Positions 44,361-55,890 of a DNA stretch of 64,000 bases are shown here, one piece after another. This DNA comes from the human T2T-CHM13v2.0 reference genome, Homo sapiens: assembly GCF_009914755.1 (NCBI RefSeq), contig NC_060934.1, one strand, 5' to 3'. Below the pieces are notes generated by a model. It saw only the letters and a list, made by a program, of their open reading frames with translations. It did no database searches and was not told where the DNA came from. How positions within the stretch are numbered: the stretch's first letter is position 1; each line of letters opens with the position of its first letter. Position numbers and translations under genes: made by a program.

Positions 44361-47334
44361 TAACTGTTTTAGAAATTATTTAGAAGTTCTTTGCCTTTCT
44401 ATAGAAATCTTAAAGGACATTTCTCAAAATCCCAACATTTTAATTAGGGTAGCAATGAAACAATAGAGCAGTTCAGGGGAAGAAATGACATCTTTATAAT
44501 ATGAGTCTTTCATTCCATGAACATGATATGGCTTTCTATTGATTTGGTCATCTTTGATTTTCTCCTTTGGTGCTTGGTAGTTTTCAACATAGAATCCTGT
44601 ATGTATTTTGTTAGATTTATACTTCAATATTTTTGAGCCATTTAAATGGTATTGCTTTTATTTAATTTCTACTGTTGTACAGATAAAACTGATTTTTGTA
44701 TAATGATCTTTAATCTGTGATCCTGATAAAATCATTTTAGTTTTATGTAGTTTTCTGTAAATTCTATTAGGTTATCTATATAGACAATCATGTCATACAC
44801 AGATAGAGACATATTATATCTAACTTAATTGGATTTGTTTATTTCTGTTTATTTATTTCTCCTTGCAGTCCTAGTACTTTTTTGCCTCATGTATTTTGAT
44901 GCTCTGTTGTCAGGTGCATACCTGATAAGTACTCCTACACTTTCTCGGAGAATTCACTCTTTTACCATTGTATAATGTCCCTCTTTATCTCCGATAATTT
45001 TCCTTTACTAAAGTCAGCTTTGTCTGAAATTAAGGTATCTAGTACAGCTTTCTTTCGTTAGTATTAGTGTATCTTTACATATCCCATTTTCAACCTGTTT
45101 CTGTATTTATACTTAAAATAGTTTTTCTATAGACCACATGTAATTGGGTCTTGTTTTTTATCTGCTTCAACAATCTCTTTCCTATAATAGGTATATTTAG
45201 ACTATTTTCATTTACAGTGATTACCGACATAGTTGGATTAACATCTACCATGTTTGTAACTTTTCCACTTACTGAACTTGTTCGTTGTTTCTTTTCCCCC
45301 TCTTTTTCTGCCTGCCCTATTTTTGACTGAGCATTTTATATGATTCTATATCTCTCCTCTTTTATCATATCAACTATATTTCTTTAAAAATTTTTGTAGT
45401 GGTTGACTTAAAGTTTGTAATACACGTTTACAGCTATTCTAAGTTTGACTTCAAATAGCACTATACCACATTATGGATAGTGTGGGTACCACATAACAGA
45501 GTATTCATAATTATTTCACTTATCCTCTATGAAATTGCTGTCATTCATTTCACTTATTCATATAGTGTTATCACCGAATACAGTGCTACTATTATTACAT
45601 TAACCAAGGAGTTATCTTTTAGATCAATTAAAATTTTTTAAAAAATATTTTATTTTACCTTTGTTTATTCTTTCCCCAACACTCTTCCTTTCTTCATATC
45701 TATCTGGATTTCTGACATTTGTCACTTTCTTTTTCCTTCAATAATTATTTTAACATTTCTCATAGAATAAGTTTACTGGCAATGAATTTTTCAGATTTGT
45801 TTGTGGGAGTCTTTATTTCTTCCTTACTATTGAAGGATAACTCCACTGAAATATAGAAGTACCTCTTTTTGCTTGCATAGTTTCTGATAAGACATCTACT
45901 TTAATTCTTATTCTGTTTCTCTCTCGGGGTTTTTTACTACTGTGTCTATTAGAAGCTTTAGTTTGGGACTGCTATAGCTCCCAGGCTAGGATATATAAAA
46001 GGCAAAAATGAAACTATACAAACAGAAAAAGCCAAACAGGGGCTCACTGAATCTTTCTTTGAGTACTGAGATCCTTATTCAGTTATCCTGTTGTGATCCC
46101 TTTCAGAATATTCTAATAGATGCTTCATTATGCATTTTACTCCAGAGTTTTTGGTTACAGATATGGAGGAAATAGAGTGACATATGCTTACTCTATGTTG
46201 TTTGAAACCAGAAGTGACATTTTTAATACTATGTGTGTGAGGCTAAGTTTCTTGTTAATATCCTCTGATACATAGAAAATTTTTTAAAGCCGGCAATCCA
46301 CCCAGTGATATCCATACCGCAAGTTCTGTTTTGCCTTCTGTAGGTGGTAATTCCAATGTCAATTAAGTTTGCACAGCCTTTTCTATATTCCCTGAAGCTG
46401 CCCAGTGCATGCATTAGTCAAGGCTTCATCTAGGACTTGGGCCATGGATTATATTGTGGATCATTCTGGATACCTTCACTGCGGTGGTTTTTGTTTAGAT
46501 TTGTTTTGTTTTTTGGCTCTGTGCTGCACGTACATAGGTCAAGTTTGATTCTGCATCTTATGCCATATCATACACAAAATTAGAGGACTCTGTTATCTAG
46601 CTGTCTCTTAGGTTTTTCCTACAATTTAGGACTCTGAAGAGTCCCTTTTCCTGATTATTTTGGCTAAAAATTTGGGTTTCTTTCAGGGTTTTATTACTCT
46701 ACACTGTCACACAGTGGGGACCTTCTTTAGGTTCTTACTGGGACTTTGTTTGGAGAGATGTAGTGGGAATTTTAAAAAAGAGAAAACTGATGGATACCAC
46801 CTCCCCACTCTTTGGACAACAGAGGCTACTTTCCTAGTAACTGTCTCAGGAAACAAGTCCTCTTTCTGGGTTTTATGCCATTATGCTGCTGCCACTGCCA
46901 CAGCTGCCATGGAAGCTCAGGTCTCTGGATGACACTGGCCTTGGGAGAGGTCTAGAAGGGAAAAGAAGAGAAGGGAAAAGTGAATATTCTTTGGTCTTGG
47001 GGGGCTCCCAGATACAGTTTTAACTACTTCTACTTGGACAACTAATAAAGATGCTAAAGATGAACAGGTTATTATTGTGTTGCTAGATATGTAGATTAAG
47101 GGCAATCTACTCTTACTTAAACTTTAGATAAGATGGAAATTTTTTTTCTTGGGCAGTAACAACATTAAGAACGGTGATGATGAAAGTGTGGTTCATGATC
47201 CAGCTGCATGAAGTCCCTCTATGAAGGATGTTGAATGTGCATATTTCTAGGCCTTAACTTTGGCTCTTGAATCTTGATTCCTAGATTTGCATTCTGTATT
47301 CCTGTACACACTAAAGATTTAAGACATTACTTTT

Positions 47335-47755
47335 AGATGGTGATGAACCCCTAAGTCATTGAAGTTTAAGAGACCAGTAGATGATTATATTATTGTATGC
47401 GGAAGATATCAGGGGCTTGAAGTTGGGCCTAGGCAACAGAAATGAAAAATACAGGGAAAATAGAAGAGATATTATTGAGGTAAGGAGGACACCTGGGAAC
47501 TGATTAACCCTTGAAGGTAAAGAAGGGGTATGTTAAAAGATGACTCAGAGGAAGTATTTTGGATGCATGTGAGAATGATGATACCATAATAAGATAAGGG
47601 AATGTCAAAGTAAACTCTAGATGATTTAATTAGACTGGATTTGAGTATGGGGATTTGAGTAATTCTGGCATGTCTGTATGGGGTTTTTGAGACTCTGTTT
47701 AAGGTAGGGTTAGTATAAGACACACCTTCCAAGAATTTACAATCTGTTAGTGGGA
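47335..47755 (-). mobile_element. L2 fragment
   Basis: tagaagagatattattgaggtaagg...aaagatgactcagagg...ccttccaagaatttacaatctgttag. Confidence 0.6.
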
Positions 47756-47789
47756 TTGAGAAATAAGGAAAAAAACAACTAAAGCTAAC

Positions 47790-47945
47790 TTGGATTGAGC
47801 TCTTTCTATATGCCAAACACAAATGATGTTCTAAACATTTTACATAGATAGGTTACGCAACTTGCCCAAGATCACACAGCTACTAAGTGAAAGAGCTGAG
47901 ATTTAAAACCCTGTGTTCTAGACTCTATGCTTTTAATGTCTATAC
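47790..47945 (-). mobile_element. MIR
   Basis: ggttacgcaacttgcccaagatcacacagctactaagtgaaagagctgagatttaaaaccc. Confidence 0.8.
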
Positions 47946-47959
47946 AATTAATATTACCA

Positions 47960-48090
47960 AATTTATGGCAATTTGACCTCTCTAGCCATCAGTTTCCTTA
48001 TTTCTAAATTAAGGATAATAATCTGGTAGAATGTGTGTGATAACAAAATGACACCATATACAGAACCTAGAAATAGTAGGTGTTCAAATT
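47960..48090 (+). mobile_element. MIR fragment
   Basis: tttgacctctctagccatcagtttccttatttctaaattaaggataataat. Confidence 0.65.
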
Positions 48091-48269
48091 GCATGATTTA
48101 GTTCTCATTTTTTTAAGTGGTTCAGATTTTTTAAAATGCTGTTTGAAAATACTGTATCTGTAACTACAAGACCAGTTTTCTAAACTTTCACTTATTTTTG
48201 GAGATCTTCATGGTGCTTCAATAAAAATTTTATAACACTAGAAGAAAAAAATTATCTGTTTTTCTTTTC

Positions 48270-48875
48270 CTTTTCTATAGCTTTGTAGAACTATTATTGA
48301 AAGACAATAAACTACACATATTTACAGCATACAATTGAATAAATTTGGACTTATATATATGAGAAATTATCATCCCTAAATTTCCCTAATGACCTTTGAA
48401 ATTCCTTACTCCTTCCCTGTCTGCCTCTGCCTCTGAGAAATCACTAAATGACTTATCTTGTTATAGATTATTTCACATTTTCTAGACTATTATATAAAAA
48501 ATACAATATGTACTGTTTTTTCTGGCTTCTTTCAGTATAATTATTTTGAGATTCAACCATGTTGTGTGTATCAATAGTTCATTTAAAAATATTATTGCTG
48601 ACAAATATTTCATTGTGTAGATATACAATAGTTTGTTTCTTCACATTTTGATGGGCATTTATGTCAGTCCAATTTTTAACTTTATTAAAAATAAAGCAGC
48701 CATGAATATTAGTGTATGCATGCTTTCACATGGTACATTTACATTTAACTTTTTAAGAAACTGCTAAACTATTTTCTAAAGGAACTGTACCATTTTACAT
48801 TTCTACCAGCAGTGTCTAAGAGTTGCAGTTGCTCCAAATCCTCACCAACACTTGGTATGGTGAGTCTTTTTAATT
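48270..48875 (-). mobile_element. Ancient L1 (L1MC/ME) 3' end
   Basis: tctggcttctttcagtataattattttgagattcaaccatgttgtgtg...taagaaactgctaaactattttctaaaggaactgtaccattttacatt. Confidence 0.75.
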
Positions 48876-49824
48876 ATCATATTGGTTTGTGTATGTTGAA
48901 CCATCCTTGAATTTGCGAGATAGATCCTATTTGATCATGATGAATGAAGTTTTCCATATGTGGTTGAGTTTGGTTTACTAGTATTTTCTTGGGGATTTTT
49001 GCATCAATATTCATCAGGGATATTGGCCTATAGTTTTCTGTTTTTGATGTGTCTTCATCTGGTTTTGATGTGTCTTCATCTGGTTTTGGTATCAGAATTG
49101 ATACCAGAATTAGCATAGCACGAGTTTAGAAGTATTCCCTCTTCCTCTATTTTTTGTAATAGTTTGAATAGGATTGGTATTTCTTCTTTAAATATTTGAT
49201 AGAATTCAGCAGTGAATCCATCAGGTCCCAGGCTTTTCTTTGCTGGGAGACTTTTTATTACAGCTTCGATTTTGTTACTTGTTATTGGTCTTTTCAGATT
49301 TTTTATTTCTTCATGGTTCAATTTTGGTAGGTGGTATATGTCTAGAAATTTGTCCATTACTTTTAGATTTTCCAATTTATTGGCATATAATTGCTCATAG
49401 TAGCCACTAATTATCCTTTACGTTACTGCAATATCAATAGTAATGTCTCATTTTTCATCTCTGATTTTTATTTATTTTGGTCATCGCTCTTTTTTTCTTA
49501 ATCTAGCTAAAGGTTTGTCAATTTTGTTTACCTTTTCAAAAAAACAAGCTTTAATTTCATTGATCTTTTGTATTGTTTTTGCATTTCAATTTTATTTATT
49601 TCTGCTCTGATCTTTATTATTTATTTTCTTCTCCTAATTTTGAGTTTTGTTGCTCTTGCTCTTCTAGCTTCTTTAAGACGCATCCTTAGGTTATTCATTT
49701 GAAGTTTTTCTTCTTTTCTGATATAGGAGCTTATACACTCCCTTGTTAGTACTGCTGTCATGGTATCTCCTAGGTTTTGGTATGTTGTGCTTACATTATC
49801 AGTCATTTCAAAAAATATTTAGAT

Positions 49825-49912
49825 TATACTGCTTGGGTGATAGGTACACCAAAATCTCACAAATCATCACTAAAGAATGTACTCATGTAAACAAACACTA
49901 TCTGTTCCCCAA
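49825..49912 (+). mobile_element. L1PB 3'-terminal stub
   Basis: tatactgcttgggtgataggtacaccaaaatctcacaaatcatcactaaagaatgtactcatgtaaacaaacactatctgttcccc. Confidence 0.82.
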
Positions 49913-49929
49913 TTATATATATATATATA

Positions 49930-50087
49930 GCTTCCCTCTTCACTTGACACTCATTCTCTCTCCTGCTGCCCTGTGAAGAGGTGCCTTCTGCCATGATTGT
50001 AAGTTTCCTGAGGCCTCCTCAGCCATGCAGATCTGTGAGTCAGTTAAACCTCTTTCCTTTATAAATTACCCAGTCTCAGGTATTCAT
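49930..50087 (+). mobile_element. THE1D-like LTR 3' fragment followed by an A-rich tail
   Basis: gccatgattgtaagtttcctgaggcctcc.cagccatgc...ttaaacctctttcctttataaattacccagtctcaggtatt. Confidence 0.85.
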
Positions 50088-52688
50088 AATAAAATGAAAA
50101 TAAAAATAAATTTATTCATTAATTTATTCATTGACCCACTGGTCATTCAGGAGCATATTGTTTAATTTCCAGTGTTTATATAGTTTCTATAATTCTTCTT
50201 GTTATTGATTTCTAGTTTTATTCCATTGTGTCAGAGAAGATGCTTGATATTAGTTCAATATTTTGAGTGTTTTAAGACTTGTTTTGTCACCTAACATAAG
50301 ATTTGTCCTTGAGAATATGTGTTCTGAGAAGAATGTGTGTTCTGCAGCCGTTAGATGAAATATTCTGTAAATATCTGTTAGATCCATTTGGTCTATAGTC
50401 CAGTGTTTCTTTGTTATTTTTTTGGCTGGAAGATCTGTCCAATGATGAAAGTGAGGTGCTAAAGTCTCCAGCTATTATTATATTAGGGTCTCTCTCTCTC
50501 TCTCTCTCTTTAGCTCTAATATTTGCTTCATATATCTGGGTACTCCAGTGTTCAGTGCATATGTATTTAAAATTGTTATATTCTCTTGCTGAATTGACCC
50601 TTTTTCATTATACAGTGATCTTCTTTGTCTCTTCCTATAGTCTTTGTCTTGAAATCTATTTTGTCTAATATAAGCATAGCTACTCCTGCTCATTTTTGGT
50701 TTCCATTGACATAGGATATCTTTTTCCATCCCTTAATTTTCAGTCTATGTATGTCTTTATAGGTGAAGTCTATTTCCTATAGACAACAGATTATTATTAT
50801 TTTTTAATCCATTCAGCCACTCTGTGTCCTTTGATTGGAGAATTCAGTCCATTTACATGTATTATTATTGATAAATAGGGACTTGCTTCTGGCATTTTGT
50901 GATTTGTTTTCTAGTTGTTTTGCGGTCATCTCTTCCTTCTTTCCTTCCTTGCTGTCTTTTAGTGAAGGTGGTTTTCTCTTGTGGTATGATTTAACGTCTT
51001 GCTTTGTTTTTTGTTTCTATTGTATATTTTTTTATTTGAGGTTACAAATAATATGAGGCTTGCAAATAATATCTTATAACTCATCATTTGAAACTGATGA
51101 CAACACTAATTGCATCAACAAACAAAAGGAAAACTAATAAAAAATCAGCACATTAACTTTTTCCTCCTGCTTTTTAATTTTTTTTTGTTTCTATGTATAT
51201 TGTATTATAATCTCTATGTCTTGAAAAGTTGTTGTAGTTATTATTTTTGGTTCATTCATCTTTCGTCTTCCTACTTAGAATAAGAATAGTTTACATACCA
51301 CAATTGCAGTGTTATAATATTCTGTGTTTTTCTGTGTACTTAGTAAGACCAGTGAGTTTTATACCTTAAGATGATATCTTACTGTTCTTTAACAGCCTTT
51401 TCTTCCTGATTAAAGAACTGCTTTTAGCATTTCTTGTAGGGCAGTCTGGTGTTGATGAAATCCCTCAGCTTTTGTTTGTTTTGGAAAGTCTTCAATTCTC
51501 CTTCATGTGAAGGACATTTTCACCAGATAAGCTATTCTAGCATAAAAGTTTTTTTTCCTTTGGCACTTTAAATTAATGTTATGCCACTCTTTCCTGACCT
51601 GTAAAGGTTTCCTCTGAAAAGTCTCCTGCCAGATGTGTTGCAGATCCATGGTGTGTTATTTTTTTCTCTTGCTACTTTTAGGATCCTTTCTTTATCCTTG
51701 GCCTTTGGGGGTTTGATTATTAAATGTCTTGAGGTAGTCTTCTTTGGGTTAAACCTTCTTAGTGTTCTATAACCTTCTTATACTTGAATATTGATAGCTT
51801 TCTCTAGTTTAGGAAAGTCCTCTGTTATTATCCCTTTGAATAAACTTTCTACTCTTGTCTCTTTCTCTACCTCCTCTTTAAGGCCAATTACTCTTAGATT
51901 TGCTCTTTTGAGGCTATTTTCTAGATTTTATAGGTGTGCTTCATTATTTTTTATTCTTTGTTAATCTTTTTTCTTTTATATTCTCTGACTGTATATTTCT
52001 AAATGGCCTGTCTTCAATCTCACTGATTCTTTCTTCTGCTTATCAGCTCTGCTGATAGGAGACTCTGATGCATTCTTCCTTATGTCAATTGCATTTTTCA
52101 ACTCCAGAATTTCTGCTTGTTTCTTTTAAAGTACTTGAATCTCTTTGTTAAATTTATCTGATAAAATTCTGAATTCCTTCTCTTCGTTATCTTGAATTTC
52201 TTTGAGCTTCCTCGAAACAGCTATTTTGAATTCTCTGTCTGAAAGGTCACATAGCTCTGTTTCTCCAGAATTGGTCCCTGGTGGTTTTTTAAGTTCACTT
52301 TGTGAGGTCATGTTTTCCTGGATTGTCTCAATGCTTGTGGGTGTTAGTCACTGTCTGGGCATTCAAGTAGTAGATATTTATTATAGTCTTCATAGTCTGG
52401 GCTTGTTGGTACCCATCCTTCTTGGATAGTCTTTCCAAGTGTTTGATGAGATTTGAGTGTTGTAATCTAAGCCATATCTACATTAAGGAACACGCCAAAC
52501 CCATAACACTATGCTTCTTGCAGACTCATAGAGATACCACCTTGGTGGTCTTCAGTAAGAGCTGGAAGAATTTTCTGGTTTACTAGGCAAAGACTCTTGT
52601 TCTCTTCCCTTACTTTCTCCCAAACAAATGGAGTTTCCCTCTGTGTGCTGAGCTGCCATCAAAACTGGGACTCTGTTGGGTTAGACCT

Positions 52689-53052
52689 TGTATTAATTCG
52701 TTTTCATACTGCTATGAAGAAATACCTGAGACTGGGTAATTTACAAAGGAAAGAGGTTTAATTGACTCACAGTTCTGCATGGCTGGGGAGGCCTCAGGAA
52801 ACTTACAATCATGGCAGAAGGTGCCTCTTCACAGGGCAGAAGGAGAGAGAATGAGTGCTGACGAAGAAGGAAGCCCTTTACAAAACCATCAGATCTCCTG
52901 AGAACTAATTCACTATCATGAGACACAGCATGGGGGAAACCACCTCCATGATTCAATTCTTCAATCATGATTCAAGGGTCCTGCCTTGACATGTGGGAAT
53001 TATTACAATTCAAGGTGAGATTTGGATGGGGACACAGAGCCAAACCATATCA
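52689..53052 (-). mobile_element. THE1D-like MaLR solo LTR
   Basis: Complete tgtatt...ccaaaccatatca LTR with a perfect 5-bp TSD gacct (52684-52688, 53053-53057), inside an L1 5'UTR. Confidence 0.92.
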
Positions 53053-53552
53053 GACCTGAAGCCAGCACAGCACTGAGTCTCACCCAAGGTCCACTGTAAC
53101 CACTACCTGGTTACCACATGTGATTGTTCAAGGCCCCAGGGCTCTACAATCAGCAGGTATAAATCCAGCCAGACTCGTGTTCCTCTAGGACACAGATGGG
53201 TCCAGAGATGCCATCTGGGAGTCAGAGATTGGAGTGAAAAACCTTAGAAATCTACCTGATGCTTTATTTATTGCACCTAAGCTGGCACTCAAACCATGAA
53301 ACAAAGTTGTTTCCACTCTTCCCTTCCCTTTCCACGGGTAGATGAGCCGCTCCCTATTGTCACCATTACCACAGGCCCATGAGGAGTACTGCCAGTTTAC
53401 CACCAATGTTCGCTTAAGACTCAAGGGCTCTTGGGTCAGCTTGTGGTGAATGCTGCCAGGCTTGGGACCCATTCTTCAGGGCAATGGGTTCCCACTCTGG
53501 CTCAGGGTAGGTCCAGAAATGCCATCAAAGAGCCAAGGCCTGGAATCAGGGA

Positions 53553-55890
53553 TGATCCCATTTTTAAGAAGATTATCCTTTGCTTATTGAATTGCCTTGG
53601 CATCTTTGTAAAACGGTATTCAATTATGTACGTATACATGTGAGTATATTTCTAGACGTTCTGTTTTCTTTCATTAACCTATATTTCTATCTTAATGCCA
53701 ATATCACATAGTCTTCATTTATATAGCTTTATATTTAGTCTTAAATAAATCAGGGTAAGTTCTCCAAGTTGTTCACCGTTTTTGAAGTTGTTTTAGCTAT
53801 TTTAGGTCCCTTGCATTTCTATGGCAATTTTAGAATCAGTTTGCCAATGTCTAAAAAAAATCCTGCTAGAATTTTGATTGGGATTGTCTTAAATCTATAG
53901 AAAAATTTGAGTAATATTAAAATATTGTTTCAATCCATGCACATATTATATTTCTCTTGTTTTTAGATTTATTTCTCTCAGCAACATCTTATAGCTTTGT
54001 TTATAAATTGATCCCTTAATTTCATATTTCTGTGCTATTCTTTGATTTCTGACAGTTTATTGCTTTTATATGTACCTTTAATTGATTTTTATGTGTTGAT
54101 CTTGTATTATGTTACTTACATAAACTCATTTTATAGTCCCAGAAGATTCTTTTGTACATTTGGTGTGATTTTCTGTATAGCTGATCATGTCTTTTGCAAA
54201 TAATAACAGTTTTCTTTCTTTCTTTCCAATGTAGTTGGACTGTTATTGCACTTGTTTCTGTTTCTTTCCTTATTGCACTGGTTTAAACCTCCAGTCATAT
54301 GTCTAACAGAAGTGGGGAAGTGGCCATCCTTGTCAACTTTCTGATCGTAGGTAGAGTTTTTAACTAAAAATTTAGTTTTTAAAATACACGATACTACTCA
54401 GGCTACATAGCTTTTTTTTTTTTTTTTAAATGACTGTTAATGTTTTGTAATTTTAAAAAATTTTCAATTTTTTCTTAGTTGTTAAAATTATTGACATGAA
54501 ATTGTTTACAATGTCCCCTTATTATCCCTTAAATTTCCATAGCATGATGTCACCTCATTCATTCCTGATATTGATAATTTATCTATTTTCTTATTTTTCC
54601 TGACTGAGTCTGGCTAAAGTTACATGGTGTTTGTAGTCTTTCTCAAGGCCAACTTTGGTTTCATAGATCTTTCTTTTTTGTTGTTCTCACTATTATGGAT
54701 TTTTGTTCTTTATTATTATTTCTCTACTGCTTACTTAGTGTTTAATTTCTTCTTTTACAAGTTTATAAATGTGGAAATGGAAGTCATTGATTTGAGATCT
54801 TTCTTTTTTTCTAATATGACCTCTAATGGTAAAAATTTTGCTCTGAGTAATTTTTGTTGCATCCCACAATTTTGGTATGTTGTATTTTAATTTGCAATTT
54901 GTTTAAAATATTCTCTAAGTATTTTGGACTCATATCTCTATTTAATATTTTGTTTCTAAATATTTTGGGGTTTTACAGTTACTTTTCTGTCACTGACTTC
55001 TAACATTATTTTGGCCAGAAAATATTCTTTGTCTTTGTACCTTTCTTAACAATGTCACAATGTCTTTCATATAGCAAATTTTTAAAAAAATTTTCCTGAG
55101 CTCTAGTATGTCACATTTTCCTCTGATGAATTGTATTTTTTGCTATCAACTCTAAGAACTCTTTTCCTAGTCCTGGATCATGGGGATTTTATATTCTGGA
55201 AGTTTTAGTGTTTTATACTTTACATTTAAGTGCATAATCTATTGTGCTAAAATTGTATAAATTGTGAGGTTTCGATGGAGGTTCTTTTCATTTCTTATAT
55301 TTTGTTTTGTTTTGCTGATGAATGTCCAGCTGCCCCAGCATAATTTATTGTAAACTATCTTTCTCTTCCATTGAATTGTTTGTTCCTTTATTAAAAAATA
55401 ATTGATCATATTTGTGTAGAACTTTTTTGGGTTCTGTATACTGTTTCATTGATTAATGTATCTATCTTGCCACCAATACTATACTATCTTGATTATTAGA
55501 CATATATAATAAACCATGACATTGAGGAGAGAGATTTCTCCCACTTTATTCTTCCTTTTCTTTCCCATATAAATTCAAGAATATGTTTCTTTATGTCTAT
55601 AAAGAATCTTATTGACAATTTGATAGGCATTGCATTAAACCTATAGATCTTATAGGAAAAAATATTTTTATTCAACAATTCCACAGTATATTGAGTCTTC
55701 CAATTCATGAACATGGTATACCTCTTCTTGTATTTAGGTCTTTTAAAATTACTTTCACCTGAAATTATAAAATTTCAGAATTTTGTAATTTTTTTATACA
55801 AATTGTATATATACTTTATTAGATTTATACCTAAGTATTTCATGTATTTGGGTAATTGTAAATGGTATTACATTAGTTATTTCAGATTCC
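53553..55890 (-). mobile_element. Ancient L1M ORF2 fragments
   Basis: Peptide YKIYRFNAMPIKLSIRFFIDI and antisense ORF2 motifs such as ttttagaatcagtttgccaat...attttgattgggattg. Confidence 0.75.

Larger units (their letters stand above)
42285..46950 (-). mobile_element. Mosaic of antisense ancient L1 (L1ME/MD/MC) 3' end, ORF2, inter-ORF and 5' fragments
   Basis: ttttattgaagtattaacatac...gttgcatgtagcag...; ORF2 and endonuclease-region antisense motifs at ~44400-45300. Interrupted by an LTR and a CT-rich tract. Confidence 0.7.
48878..53552 (-). mobile_element. L1M1/L1MA-type element: 5'UTR, ORF1 and first half of ORF2 (3' part missing)
   Basis: ORF2 peptides ([32 protein letters not shown]), ORF1 peptide (LSDREFKIAVSRKLKEIQDN) and an L1M1-like 5'UTR at 52500-53550. 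Confidence 0.85.

Noticed and set aside
44101-44466. Leu-, Ser/Pro- and Arg/Glu-rich ORFs
   Set aside because: Translations of a polypyrimidine tract.
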